Assembly: GCA_965203175.1 (NCBI GenBank)
Contig: OZ241867.1
Span: 4,416,001-4,480,000, forward strand
Origin: Candidatus Latescibacterota bacterium
GTDB taxonomy: Bacteria; Latescibacterota; UBA2968; UBA8231
DNA length: 64,000 bases
Direction of reading: 5' to 3'
Below the pieces are notes generated by a model. It made no database searches and was not told the origin of the DNA. It worked only from the letters and a program-made list of their open reading frames with translations. Within the stretch, counting starts at the first letter, position 1; each line of letters opens with the position of its first letter. Shown piece by piece: positions 19,432 through 28,609 of the stretch. Both the position numbers and the translations under genes were made by a program.

Positions 19432-20208
19432 ATGCCACCGCTAGCGCGTTTTGGTTTAGAGGGCAAAGTCGTCATTGTCACGGGGGCTGGCCGGGGAATT
19501 GGCCGGACGATTGCTTTAGAATGCGCCCAGTCGGGCGCGCACATCGCCGCTGGTAGCCGCACTACGGCTGAGTTGGAAACGCTGGCCGCGGAGATTGAAG
19601 CCGCTGGCGGGACGTGCTTCTACCATAAGCTCGACGTGACGGATGTAAGCTCCATCGAGCGTTTTATAGCCGCGGTCGTCGCGCACTTTGGGCGGATTGA
19701 CGTGCTGGTCAACAACGCTGGCTACAACAAGGTCGGCAAAATCCTCGACTACGACGAAGAGCTCTACGACCTAATCGTCGATGCCAATCTGAAGAATGTG
19801 TTTTTCTGTAGCCAGATCGCCGCGCGGCAGATGATCGCTCAAGGGGAGGGGGGCAATATCATCAATATCTCGTCCCAAGCAGGCGTGGTCGGCGCGCCGG
19901 AGCGCGGTCCTTATTCGGGTGCCAAGGGAGGCGTCAATAATCTGACGAGGACCATGGCCGCGGAATGGGCCGAGTACCAGATACGGGTCAACGCGGTTGC
20001 TCCAACCGTGACCCGCTCGCCGCTGGCCGAAACCGCGATGCGGGAAAGTCAGGCCTTCGCCGATGCGGTGAAAACCAAAAACCTGCTGCGCGGTGCCCTG
20101 GCCGAGCCGGAGGAAATGTCGGCACCGGTGATCTTTTTGGCGTCGGATGCCGCGTCGATGATCACCGGTCACACGCTCGTGGTGGATGGGGGATGGACCA
20201 TCGTCTAG
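19432..20208 (+). CDS. SDR-family oxidoreductase
   Basis: TGAGRGIG, NNAG, YSGAK, VNAVAP, VDGG. Confidence 0.92.
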   Translation: MPPLARFGLEGKVVIVTGAGRGIGRTIALECAQSGAHIAAGSRTTAELETLAAEIEAAGGTCFYHKLDVTDVSSIERFIAAVVAHFGRIDVLVNNAGYNKVGKILDYDEELYDLIVDANLKNVFFCSQIAARQMIAQGEGGNIINISSQAGVVGAPERGPYSGAKGGVNNLTRTMAAEWAEYQIRVNAVAPTVTRSPLAETAMRESQAFADAVKTKNLLRGALAEPEEMSAPVIFLASDAASMITGHTLVVDGGWTIV

Positions 20209-20224
20209 CAATCGCGTTGCTTAG

Positions 20225-23200
20225 ATGATGCAGACATCAGTCGCCGTTTTGGTTGGGCTGGCGTTGTCGGCCCCTGCGGTTGCCGAGCCGTTGGTGGAGG
20301 GGCGGGTGCGTCTTGCTTCGGGCCAAACGGCAGCAGCGGCACAGGTGCTGTTGTTCGATCTGACCGATTTGCGGCGTGGACCGGTCGCGCGGGCGACGAC
20401 CGATGCAGAGGGCTATTTCGCGCTGGCGTCGTTGGGCGGCCCTGCGCTGCCGCAGGGGTTTGCACTAGGGCAGAATTATCCGAATCCGTTCAATCCTTCG
20501 ACGATTATTCCGTATCAATTGCCGACTGTTGCTCAGGTGCGGCTGGAGGTGTTCAATGTGCTGGGGCAGCGAGTTGCGACACTGGTGAATGAGGAGCGGC
20601 CGGCGGGTTTTCACGCCGTGGCTTGGGACGCGACGAATGCGGCTGGTCAGGCGGTGGCCGCTGGGGTGTATCTGTACCGGCTGACAGCGGGTAGGGAGCA
20701 GCGCACGCGGCGGATGGTGCTCATTGATGGGCAGGCTGGGGTGGCGGCTGACGCGGCTCCAGCGGCGACGCTCGCAACGGCCGCGGCGGATCGGAAGTAT
20801 GGTCTCGCCGTGGTGGGTGCGGGCTTGGCGACGTACGTAGATGCGGATTTTCGCGTGGGGACGGTGCCGATGGAGATCGTGGTGGCAACGCTGGATAGTG
20901 CGCCGCGGGCGAAGGGGCTGACCGGCGGCATTTTGGGCGATGTCAACGATGACGGCCAAGTTGATCTGGCCGACGCACTGGCCGTGGCCTTGTACATTAT
21001 CGATTCGTCCATCACGCCGCCGAACAACGGCGATATCAGTCTGGGCGATGTCAATGCGGACGGCGAGCTTACGACGGCCGACGTGCTGCTGCTTGCGGCG
21101 TATAGTGCCAATCCGTCTGATCCATCGCTACCGGGGGGGATTGGGCAGGCGGTGGGTGGCGGGAACTTGGCAGCCGGGGCCTTACGCCGCTTGACCGACG
21201 ACCCGGCATACCACGGCTTGCCCTCATTTTCGCCCGATGGTCGCCACATTGCCTTTGTGTCCGAGCGCGACGATAACGACGATATTTACGTGATGGGTTT
21301 TGATGGCAGCAACCCGACCCGCTTGACCGACGACCCGGCCGCCGACTTTTCTCCCTCATTTTCGCCCGATGGTCGCCACATTGCCTTCATATCCGACCGC
21401 GACGACAATCGAGAGGTTTACGTGATGGATTCGGATGGCAGCAATCTGCGTCGGCTGACCGACCACCCAGCCGACGACTGGCGACCCTCTTGGTCGCCCG
21501 ATGGTCGCCGCATCGCCTTCACGTCCGACCGCGACGACAATTGGGATATTTACATGATGGATTCGGATGGCAGCAACCTGCTCCGACTAACCGACCACCC
21601 AGCCAGCGACAGGTCTCCCTCGTTTTCGCCCGATGATCGCCACATCGCCTTTGAGTCCGAGCGCGACGGCAACTATGAGCTTTACGTAATGGATTCGGAT
21701 GGGAACAACCTGCGCCGCCTGACCGACGACCCGGCCGATGACTTTTCTCCCTCATTTTCGCCTGATGGTCGCCACATCACCTTTGTATCCGAGCGCGATG
21801 GCAATCGGGAGATTTACGTGATGGGTTCCGATGGGAACAACCCACGCCGCCTGACCCACCACACGGCATGGGACGGCTCTCCCTCCTTTTCGCCCGATGG
21901 CCGCTACATCGTTTTTGATTCTGGCCGCGACCGCAAAATTTCGCTTTACGCGCTGGAGCTTCGGGAGGAAGGCGGCGAGATTGCTTCTACCGATGGCTTG
22001 GATGTCGCCGATTATACAACGTGGCATTTGCCGGAGGGGGTCCTTGCCCGCTTGGGCAAAGGAACGGTTGATGCGGTGGCGTTCTCGCCCGATGGGCAAG
22101 TGCTAGCGGTGGCTGGTAGCATCGGTATATGGCTGTACGATGTGGCGACCTACCGTGAACTGGCGCTTCTCACCACCGAACATACGTCTGTGATCTCTTC
22201 CGTATCGTTTTCACCTGACGGCTCCATGCTGGCGTCCGGGGGCAACGACGTAGTCCTCTGGGACGTATCGAGTGGTAGTCAACTGGCCACCCTGAAAGGG
22301 CACAGTCCGGTGTCTTTTTCCCCGGACGGCTCCATGCTGGCGTCCGGGGGGGGATTCGACGTGATCCTTTGGGACGTATCAAGTCGCAGTCAACTAGCCA
22401 CCTTAGAAGGACATACGGCTTGGATTTCTTCGGTATCGTTTTCTGCGGACGGCTCCATGCTGGCGTCTGGGTCAGGGGATAACACGGTGATCCTGTGGGA
22501 TGTATGGAATGAGAGTCAGCTAGCCACTCTGCAAGGGCATAGGTCTGTGGTCGAATCCGTATCGTTTTCTGCGGACGGCTCCATGCTGGCGTCTGGGTCA
22601 AGGGATAACACGGTGATCCTGTGGGATGTATGGAATGAGAGTCAGCTAGCCATCTTGGAAGGACATAGCCGGCAGGTCGAATCCGTGTCTTTTTCCCCGG
22701 ACGGCTCCGTGCTGGCGTCCGGAGGAGGATCCGACCTAATCCTTTGGGATGTATCGAGTCGCAGTCAACTGGCCACCCTGCAAGGTGCGTCTGGGGTCAG
22801 ATCCGTGTCGTTCTCCCACGACGGCTTCATGCTGGCGTCTGGCGGCTGGGACAACGTAGTTCTTTGGGACGTGTCAAGTCGCATTCAACTGGCCACCCTG
22901 CAAGGGCATACGGTGGGGGTCAGGTCCGTGTCCTTTTCCCCTGACGGCTCTGTGTTGGCGTCCGCACGCTCGGGCAACATCGTTCTTTGGGACGTATCGA
23001 GCCGCAGTCGCCTGGCTACCCTGTACGGGGGCAGTCCGGTGTCTTTTTCCCCTGACGGCTCTGTGTTGGCGTCCAGAGGCTGGGGCAACGACATCTTCCT
23101 TTGGGACGTATCGAGTCGCAATCGGCTAGCCACTCTAGAAGGACATACGACTTGGATTTCTTCGCTGTCGTTTTCTGCGGACGGCTCCATGCTGGTGTCC

Positions 23201-23758
23201 GGAGGACGAGAAAGCGAGGTGATCCTTTGGGATGTATCGAGCGGTAGTCAGCTAGGCATCCTGCAAGGGCATACGGATAGAGTCTCTTCGGTGTCCTTTT
23301 CTCCGGCCGACTCCATAGTGGCATTCGGGAAAGTGGACGGCAAGGTGATCCTTTGGGACGTATCGAGTGGTAGTCCGCTAGCCACCCTACAAGGGCATAC
23401 GTCTTTGGTCGAATCGCTGTCTTTTTCTCCGGATGGCTCTGTGCTGGCGTCTGGAGGAGGATCCGACCTAATCCTTTGGGATGTATCGAGTCGCATTCAA
23501 CTGGCCACCCTGCAAGGTGCGTCTGGGGTTTCTTCCGTGTCGTTCTCCCATGACGGCTCCATGCTGGCGTCTGGAGACTGGATCAACGGCATAATTCTTT
23601 GGGATGTATCGAGTCGCAGTCAGCTAGCCACCCTGCAAGGGCATACGTGGGGGGTCCGATCCGTATCTTTTTCTGCGGACGGCTCCATGCTGGCATCCGG
23701 GGCAAGCGATGGCACGGTCCTGCTCTGGCAACTTGCTTCTATAGTTCCAAATCAGTAG
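20225..23758 (+). CDS. Secreted modular protein: FlgD/Por-tail Ig + dockerin type I + PD40 (TolB-like) propeller + WD40 repeats (copy 1)
   Basis: Signal peptide; LGQNYPNPFNP..AAGVYLYRL; GDVNDDGQVDLAD/GDVNADGELTTAD; six SPDG..IAF repeats; about 14 SVSFSPDG..LASG..LWDV repeats. Confidence 0.85.
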   Translation: MMQTSVAVLVGLALSAPAVAEPLVEGRVRLASGQTAAAAQVLLFDLTDLRRGPVARATTDAEGYFALASLGGPALPQGFALGQNYPNPFNPSTIIPYQLPTVAQVRLEVFNVLGQRVATLVNEERPAGFHAVAWDATNAAGQAVAAGVYLYRLTAGREQRTRRMVLIDGQAGVAADAAPAATLATAAADRKYGLAVVGAGLATYVDADFRVGTVPMEIVVATLDSAPRAKGLTGGILGDVNDDGQVDLADALAVALYIIDSSITPPNNGDISLGDVNADGELTTADVLLLAAYSANPSDPSLPGGIGQAVGGGNLAAGALRRLTDDPAYHGLPSFSPDGRHIAFVSERDDNDDIYVMGFDGSNPTRLTDDPAADFSPSFSPDGRHIAFISDRDDNREVYVMDSDGSNLRRLTDHPADDWRPSWSPDGRRIAFTSDRDDNWDIYMMDSDGSNLLRLTDHPASDRSPSFSPDDRHIAFESERDGNYELYVMDSDGNNLRRLTDDPADDFSPSFSPDGRHITFVSERDGNREIYVMGSDGNNPRRLTHHTAWDGSPSFSPDGRYIVFDSGRDRKISLYALELREEGGEIASTDGLDVADYTTWHLPEGVLARLGKGTVDAVAFSPDGQVLAVAGSIGIWLYDVATYRELALLTTEHTSVISSVSFSPDGSMLASGGNDVVLWDVSSGSQLATLKGHSPVSFSPDGSMLASGGGFDVILWDVSSRSQLATLEGHTAWISSVSFSADGSMLASGSGDNTVILWDVWNESQLATLQGHRSVVESVSFSADGSMLASGSRDNTVILWDVWNESQLAILEGHSRQVESVSFSPDGSVLASGGGSDLILWDVSSRSQLATLQGASGVRSVSFSHDGFMLASGGWDNVVLWDVSSRIQLATLQGHTVGVRSVSFSPDGSVLASARSGNIVLWDVSSRSRLATLYGGSPVSFSPDGSVLASRGWGNDIFLWDVSSRNRLATLEGHTTWISSLSFSADGSMLVSGGRESEVILWDVSSGSQLGILQGHTDRVSSVSFSPADSIVAFGKVDGKVILWDVSSGSPLATLQGHTSLVESLSFSPDGSVLASGGGSDLILWDVSSRIQLATLQGASGVSSVSFSHDGSMLASGDWINGIILWDVSSRSQLATLQGHTWGVRSVSFSADGSMLASGASDGTVLLWQLASIVPNQ

Positions 23759-23793
23759 AAAAGCTGGACCATTTTAGCAATCGCGTTGCTTAG

Positions 23794-26700
23794 ATGATGC
23801 AGAAACTAATTGCCATTTTAGTCGGGCTGACGTTGTCGGCTCCTGCGGTCGCCGAGCCGTTGGTGGAGGGGCAGGTGCGTCTTGCTTCGGGTCAAGCAGC
23901 GGCAGCAGCGCAGATGCTGTTGTTCGATCTGACCGATTTGCGGCGTGGACCGGTCGCGCGGGCGACGACCGATGCGGAGGGCTATTTCGCGCTGGCGTCG
24001 TGGGGCGGTCCTGCGCTGCCGCAGGGGTTTGCGCTGGGGCATAATTATCCGAATCCATTCAATCCTGCGACGATTATTCCGTATCAATTGCCGACTGTTG
24101 CTCAGGTGCGGCTGGAAGTGTTTAATGTGCTGGGGCAGCGGGTTGCGACGCTGGTGAATGAGGAACAGCCGGCGGGTTTTCACGCGGCGGCTTGGGACGC
24201 GACCAATGCGGCTGGGCAGGCGGTGGCCGCTGGGGTGTATATGTATCGGCTGACAGCGGGCGGGGAGCAGCATACGCGGAGGATGGTGCTCATTGATGGG
24301 CAGGCTGGGGGAGCGGCCGGTGCGGCTCCAGCGGCGACGCTCCCGACGGCAGCGGTGGAGCAGAAGTATGGTCTTGCCGTGGTGGGTGCGGGCTTGGCGA
24401 CGTACGTAGATGCGGATTTTCGCGTAGGGACGGTGCCGGTGGACATCGTGGTGGAAACGCTGGATGGTGCGCCACGGGCGAAGGGGCTGAGCGGGGGCAT
24501 TCTGGGCGATGTCAACGATGACGGCCAAGTTGATCTGGCCGACGCGCTGGCAGTGGCGTTGTACATTATTGACCCGTCCATCACGCCGCCGAACAACGGC
24601 GATATCAGTCTGGGCGATGTCAATGCCGACGGCCAGCTTACGACGGCCGACGTGCTGCTGCTTGCGGCGTATAGTGCCAATCCGTCTGATCCGTCGCTGC
24701 CGGCGGGGATTGGGCAGGTGGTGGGTGACGGCGGGAACTTGGCAGCCGGGGCCTTACGACGCTTGACCGACCACTCGGGATGGGACTTTTCTCCCTCGTT
24801 TTCGCCGGATGGTCGCTACATCGCCTTTGATTCCCACCCCGACGATAACCTCGAGATCTACGTGATGGGCTCTGATGGCAGTAATCCACGCCGCCTGACC
24901 GACGACCTGTCCGACGACTTTTCTCCCTCTTGGTCGCCTGATGGCCGCCACATCGCCTTTGTATCCGAGCGCGACGGCAACCTCGAGATTTATGTGATGG
25001 ATTCTGATGGCAGCAATCCGACCCGTCTGACCGACGACCTGTCCGACGACTTTTCTCCCTCTTGGTCGCCTGATGGCCGCCACATCGCCTTTGTATCCGA
25101 GCGCGACGGCAACCTTGAGATTTATGTGATGGATTCTGATGGCAGCAATCCGACCCGTCTGACCGACGACCTGTCCGACGACTTTTCTCCCTCTTGGTCG
25201 CCTGATGGCCGCCACATCGCCTTTGTATCCGAGCGCGACGGCAACCTCGAGATTTATGTGATGGATTCTGATGGCAGCAATCCACGCCGCCTGACCCACC
25301 ACAAAGTATCGGACTTTTCTCCTTCATTTTCGCCGGATGGCCGCCACATCACCTTTGTATCCGAACGAGATGGCAACGAAGAGATATACGTGATGGGTTC
25401 CGACGGCAGCAACCCACGCCGTCTGACTCACCACTCGGCATGGGACGGCTCTCCCTCATTCTCGCCCGATGGTCGCTACATCGTTTTTGATTCTGGGCGC
25501 GACGGCAAAATTTACGCGCTGGAGCTTCGGGAGGAAGGCGGCGAGATTGCTTCTACCGATGGCTTGGATGTCGCCGATTATACAACGTGGCATTTGCCGG
25601 AGGGGGTTCTCGCCCGCTTGGGAAAAGGAACGGCTGATGCGGTGGCGTTCTCGCCCGATGGGCAAGTGCTGGCAGTGGCTGGTGGCATTGGTATTTGGCT
25701 GTACGACGCAGAAACCTACCGTGAACTGGCGCTTCTCACCGAGTCTATGGGTAGGGTTTCTTCCGTATCGTTTTCTCCGGATGGCTCCATGCTGGCGTCT
25801 GGGTCATGGGATAGCACGGTGATCCTTTGGGACGTGGCAAGTCGCAGTCAACTAACTACCCTAGAAGGACATACGGCTCGGGTTTCTTCCGTGTCGTTTT
25901 CTCCGGACGGTTCCATGCTGGCGTCTGGGTCATGGGATAGCACGGTGATCCTTTGGGACGTGGCAAGTCGCAGTCAACTAACTACCCTAGAAGGACATAC
26001 GGCTCGGGTTTCTTCCGTGTCGTTTTCCCCGGATGGCTCCATGCTGGCGTCCGGAGGAAGCCCCGACGTCGTTCTTTGGGATGTATGGAGTAATAGTCAG
26101 CTAGCCACTCTGCAAGGGCATACGTCTGGAGTCGAATCCGTATCGTTTTCCCCGGACGGTTCCATGCTGGCGTCCGGGGCAGGGGACGGTACGGTGATCC
26201 TTTGGGATGTATGGAGCGACAGTCAGTTAGCTACTTTGGAAGGGGATAGCTGGAGGGTTTCTTCCGTGTCGTTTTCCCCGGATGGCTCCGTGCTGGCGTC
26301 CGGGGGAGGCTCCGACATCGTTCTTTGGGACGTATCGAGTCGCAGTCAACTGGCTACCCTGAACGGAGACAGTCCGGTGTCGTTTTCTCCGGATGGTTCC
26401 ATGCTGGTATCCAAGAGTTGGGGCAACGATGTGATCCTTTGGGACGTATCGAGTCGTATCCAACTGGCCACTCTGCAAGGACATAAGGAGACGGTCGAAT
26501 CCGTATCGTTTTCCCCGGACGGCTCTTTGTTGGCAGCCGGAGGGAGGGGTAACATCGTTCTTTGGGACGTATCGAGTCGCAGGCAACTGGCCACCCTGAG
26601 AGCGGGCAGTCTGGTATCGTTTTCTCCGGATGGCTCTTTATTGGCAGCAAGAGGAGGGAGGAGCGTCGTTCTTTGGGACGTATCGAGTCGCAGGCAACTG

Positions 26701-27345
26701 GGCTTCCTGCGAGGAGACGGTCCGGTGTCTTTTTCACCAGACGGTCCGGTGTCTTTTTCCCCGGATGGTTCCATGCTGGTGTCTGGGGGACGGGACAACG
26801 ATGTGATCCTTTGGGACGTATCGAGTCGCAGTCAACTGGCCACCCTGCAAGAGGCTAAGGATAGAGTCTGGTCCGTGTCCTTTTCTCCGGCCGACTCCAT
26901 ACTGGCGTTCGGGAAATTGGACGGCAAGGTAATCCTTTGGGACGTGTCGAGTGGTAGTCCGCTAGCCACCCTACAAGGGCATAAGTCTGTGGTCGAATTC
27001 GTATCGTTTTCTGCGGACGGCACGCTGCTGGCGTCTGGGGGACGGGACGGCAAGATAATCCTTTGGGACGTATCGAGTGGTAGTCAGCTAGCCGTCCTGC
27101 AAGGGCATACGGAGAGGGTCGAATTCGCGTCCTTTTCCCCGGACGGCACGCTGCTGGCGTCCGGGGGATGGGACGCCACGCTAATCTTTTGGGACGTATC
27201 GAGTGGTAGTCAGCTGGCCACCCTGCCTTATACGGGTTGGGTCAGATCCGTGTCCTTTTCCCCGGACGGCACGCTGCTGGCATCCGGGGGCTTGGACGGC
27301 ACGGTCCTGCTCTGGCAACTTGCTTCTATAGTTTCAAGTCAGTAG
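23794..27345 (+). CDS. Tandem paralog of the secreted FlgD-dockerin-PD40-WD40 protein (copy 2)
   Basis: Same architecture; shares upstream TAGCAATCGCGTTGCTTAGATGATGCAG and the terminal DGTVLLWQLASIV. Confidence 0.85.
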   Translation: MMQKLIAILVGLTLSAPAVAEPLVEGQVRLASGQAAAAAQMLLFDLTDLRRGPVARATTDAEGYFALASWGGPALPQGFALGHNYPNPFNPATIIPYQLPTVAQVRLEVFNVLGQRVATLVNEEQPAGFHAAAWDATNAAGQAVAAGVYMYRLTAGGEQHTRRMVLIDGQAGGAAGAAPAATLPTAAVEQKYGLAVVGAGLATYVDADFRVGTVPVDIVVETLDGAPRAKGLSGGILGDVNDDGQVDLADALAVALYIIDPSITPPNNGDISLGDVNADGQLTTADVLLLAAYSANPSDPSLPAGIGQVVGDGGNLAAGALRRLTDHSGWDFSPSFSPDGRYIAFDSHPDDNLEIYVMGSDGSNPRRLTDDLSDDFSPSWSPDGRHIAFVSERDGNLEIYVMDSDGSNPTRLTDDLSDDFSPSWSPDGRHIAFVSERDGNLEIYVMDSDGSNPTRLTDDLSDDFSPSWSPDGRHIAFVSERDGNLEIYVMDSDGSNPRRLTHHKVSDFSPSFSPDGRHITFVSERDGNEEIYVMGSDGSNPRRLTHHSAWDGSPSFSPDGRYIVFDSGRDGKIYALELREEGGEIASTDGLDVADYTTWHLPEGVLARLGKGTADAVAFSPDGQVLAVAGGIGIWLYDAETYRELALLTESMGRVSSVSFSPDGSMLASGSWDSTVILWDVASRSQLTTLEGHTARVSSVSFSPDGSMLASGSWDSTVILWDVASRSQLTTLEGHTARVSSVSFSPDGSMLASGGSPDVVLWDVWSNSQLATLQGHTSGVESVSFSPDGSMLASGAGDGTVILWDVWSDSQLATLEGDSWRVSSVSFSPDGSVLASGGGSDIVLWDVSSRSQLATLNGDSPVSFSPDGSMLVSKSWGNDVILWDVSSRIQLATLQGHKETVESVSFSPDGSLLAAGGRGNIVLWDVSSRRQLATLRAGSLVSFSPDGSLLAARGGRSVVLWDVSSRRQLGFLRGDGPVSFSPDGPVSFSPDGSMLVSGGRDNDVILWDVSSRSQLATLQEAKDRVWSVSFSPADSILAFGKLDGKVILWDVSSGSPLATLQGHKSVVEFVSFSADGTLLASGGRDGKIILWDVSSGSQLAVLQGHTERVEFASFSPDGTLLASGGWDATLIFWDVSSGSQLATLPYTGWVRSVSFSPDGTLLASGGLDGTVLLWQLASIVSSQ
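24895..25290 (+). repeat. Three near-identical 132-bp PD40-coding tandem repeats
   Basis: Unit CTGACCGACGACCTGTCCGACGACTTTTCTCCC... starts at 24895, 25027 and 25159. Confidence 0.85.
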
Positions 27346-27373
27346 GAAAACGGCGGTGGAATGCTTGCTGCTT

Positions 27374-28501
27374 CTACACGGGGTGGAGGCGGTCGCGGTA
27401 TTGGGCTAGGCGGTCGGCAAGCATGGAGTCGAGCGCGGCGGCCGAATGTGCCAGTCCCGTGCCAATGCCGCGTTGGGCCACGTAGATGAGGAGGCGCACC
27501 AGCCCGTTGGCATCGTCGAGGTGGATGTACTCCGGGGCCAATTGTGCGCCCGGGCCCGAATTGTGATAGTTGCCGAGGGGTAGTGCCACCGCGCCCGTGC
27601 GGTAATCGGCCTGCATAAGCGGGGTAGCTTCGCAAGCACCGCTGTCCATCAGCTTGCGTTGATAGCGGAAAGAGGGCTGTTGGGAGACCAACTCGTCGGC
27701 TAGGGCAGCCAGCCCGCCGCTGATGTCCGGATCGAACACCCAGAGCCGGTCGCCCACCCGCAAGATCGGCCCCGCGCCCAGCACCGCCCCAGCCGCCACG
27801 CTAGAGCACTCGATGTTGATATAGAGGGCGCGGCGCGGCAAGAATCCAGCATCTAACGCGGCAAGCATGCCGACAAACCCCACCTCTTCAGCGCGCGTGA
27901 GCAAGACGCCGAGGCGGACCGAGGCTTGGTGGCGTACCAAGGAATCCAAGACGCACAAAGCCACGGCCGCACCAGCCAAATCGTCAATCGCCCGCCCGCT
28001 CAATCGCCGCCCTTGCACCCTAAAGGCCGGCAAATCCCACATCGCAAAGGTGCCCGGCCCTTGGGGGATGTCGCGTGCTGTGGCCACTTCGAGCAGGGGG
28101 TAGCGCGTCCCTTCTTCTTCTATCGTGCGGACGATAGTGCCGGGAATTCCGCGCTGAGTAGCCGAGCGATTTAGATCGAATATGCGCACGCCTGTCGCTA
28201 GGGCTTGCTCCAACTCGACGCCGCCGAGAATTTCGAATAGTGCGCGGCTTGGCCCCTGCGAGCTTCTCCACACTAAGCCGGGGTGGTCGAGATGGGCGGT
28301 CAAGACGATAAATTCGTCGTCTTCCTGTTGGTCTCCGCCGTCGTAGAGCAGCAAACTGTTGCCGCAGCGGTCTTGGAGCACTTGGATTAGAGGCCGCTTG
28401 GCCGCAAATGAGCGTGCGATGTCGAGGGCAAAATGCTCGTGGAAAGGGGCTGTGGGGATGCGGATGAGCGGCTTGGCGAACTGGAGAAAGTCGAATTCCA
28501 T
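27374..28501 (-). CDS. M20/M42-like zinc metallopeptidase
   Basis: TAHLDHPG, GRAIDDLAG, TRAEEVGFVG, IECS, GACEAT, LGNYHN; start could be 28555. Confidence 0.78.
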   Translation of the reverse strand: MEFDFLQFAKPLIRIPTAPFHEHFALDIARSFAAKRPLIQVLQDRCGNSLLLYDGGDQQEDDEFIVLTAHLDHPGLVWRSSQGPSRALFEILGGVELEQALATGVRIFDLNRSATQRGIPGTIVRTIEEEGTRYPLLEVATARDIPQGPGTFAMWDLPAFRVQGRRLSGRAIDDLAGAAVALCVLDSLVRHQASVRLGVLLTRAEEVGFVGMLAALDAGFLPRRALYINIECSSVAAGAVLGAGPILRVGDRLWVFDPDISGGLAALADELVSQQPSFRYQRKLMDSGACEATPLMQADYRTGAVALPLGNYHNSGPGAQLAPEYIHLDDANGLVRLLIYVAQRGIGTGLAHSAAALDSMLADRLAQYRDRLHPV

Positions 28502-28609
28502 GACGCGAAAGAAAAAATCCCAAAATACCGATGCCGTCAAATCGCGTTGTCCCAATTAGTTAAGCTGCTTATTATACAAGCCTATCGCGATACAGCAGGG
28601 GGATCCAAC

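Noticed and set aside
21180-27300. Regularly spaced repeats as a possible CRISPR array or DGR template/variable repeats
   Set aside because: The units are in-frame 126-132 bp PD40/WD40 coding repeats with no spacers and no cas genes. I saw no adenine-specific mismatch pattern.
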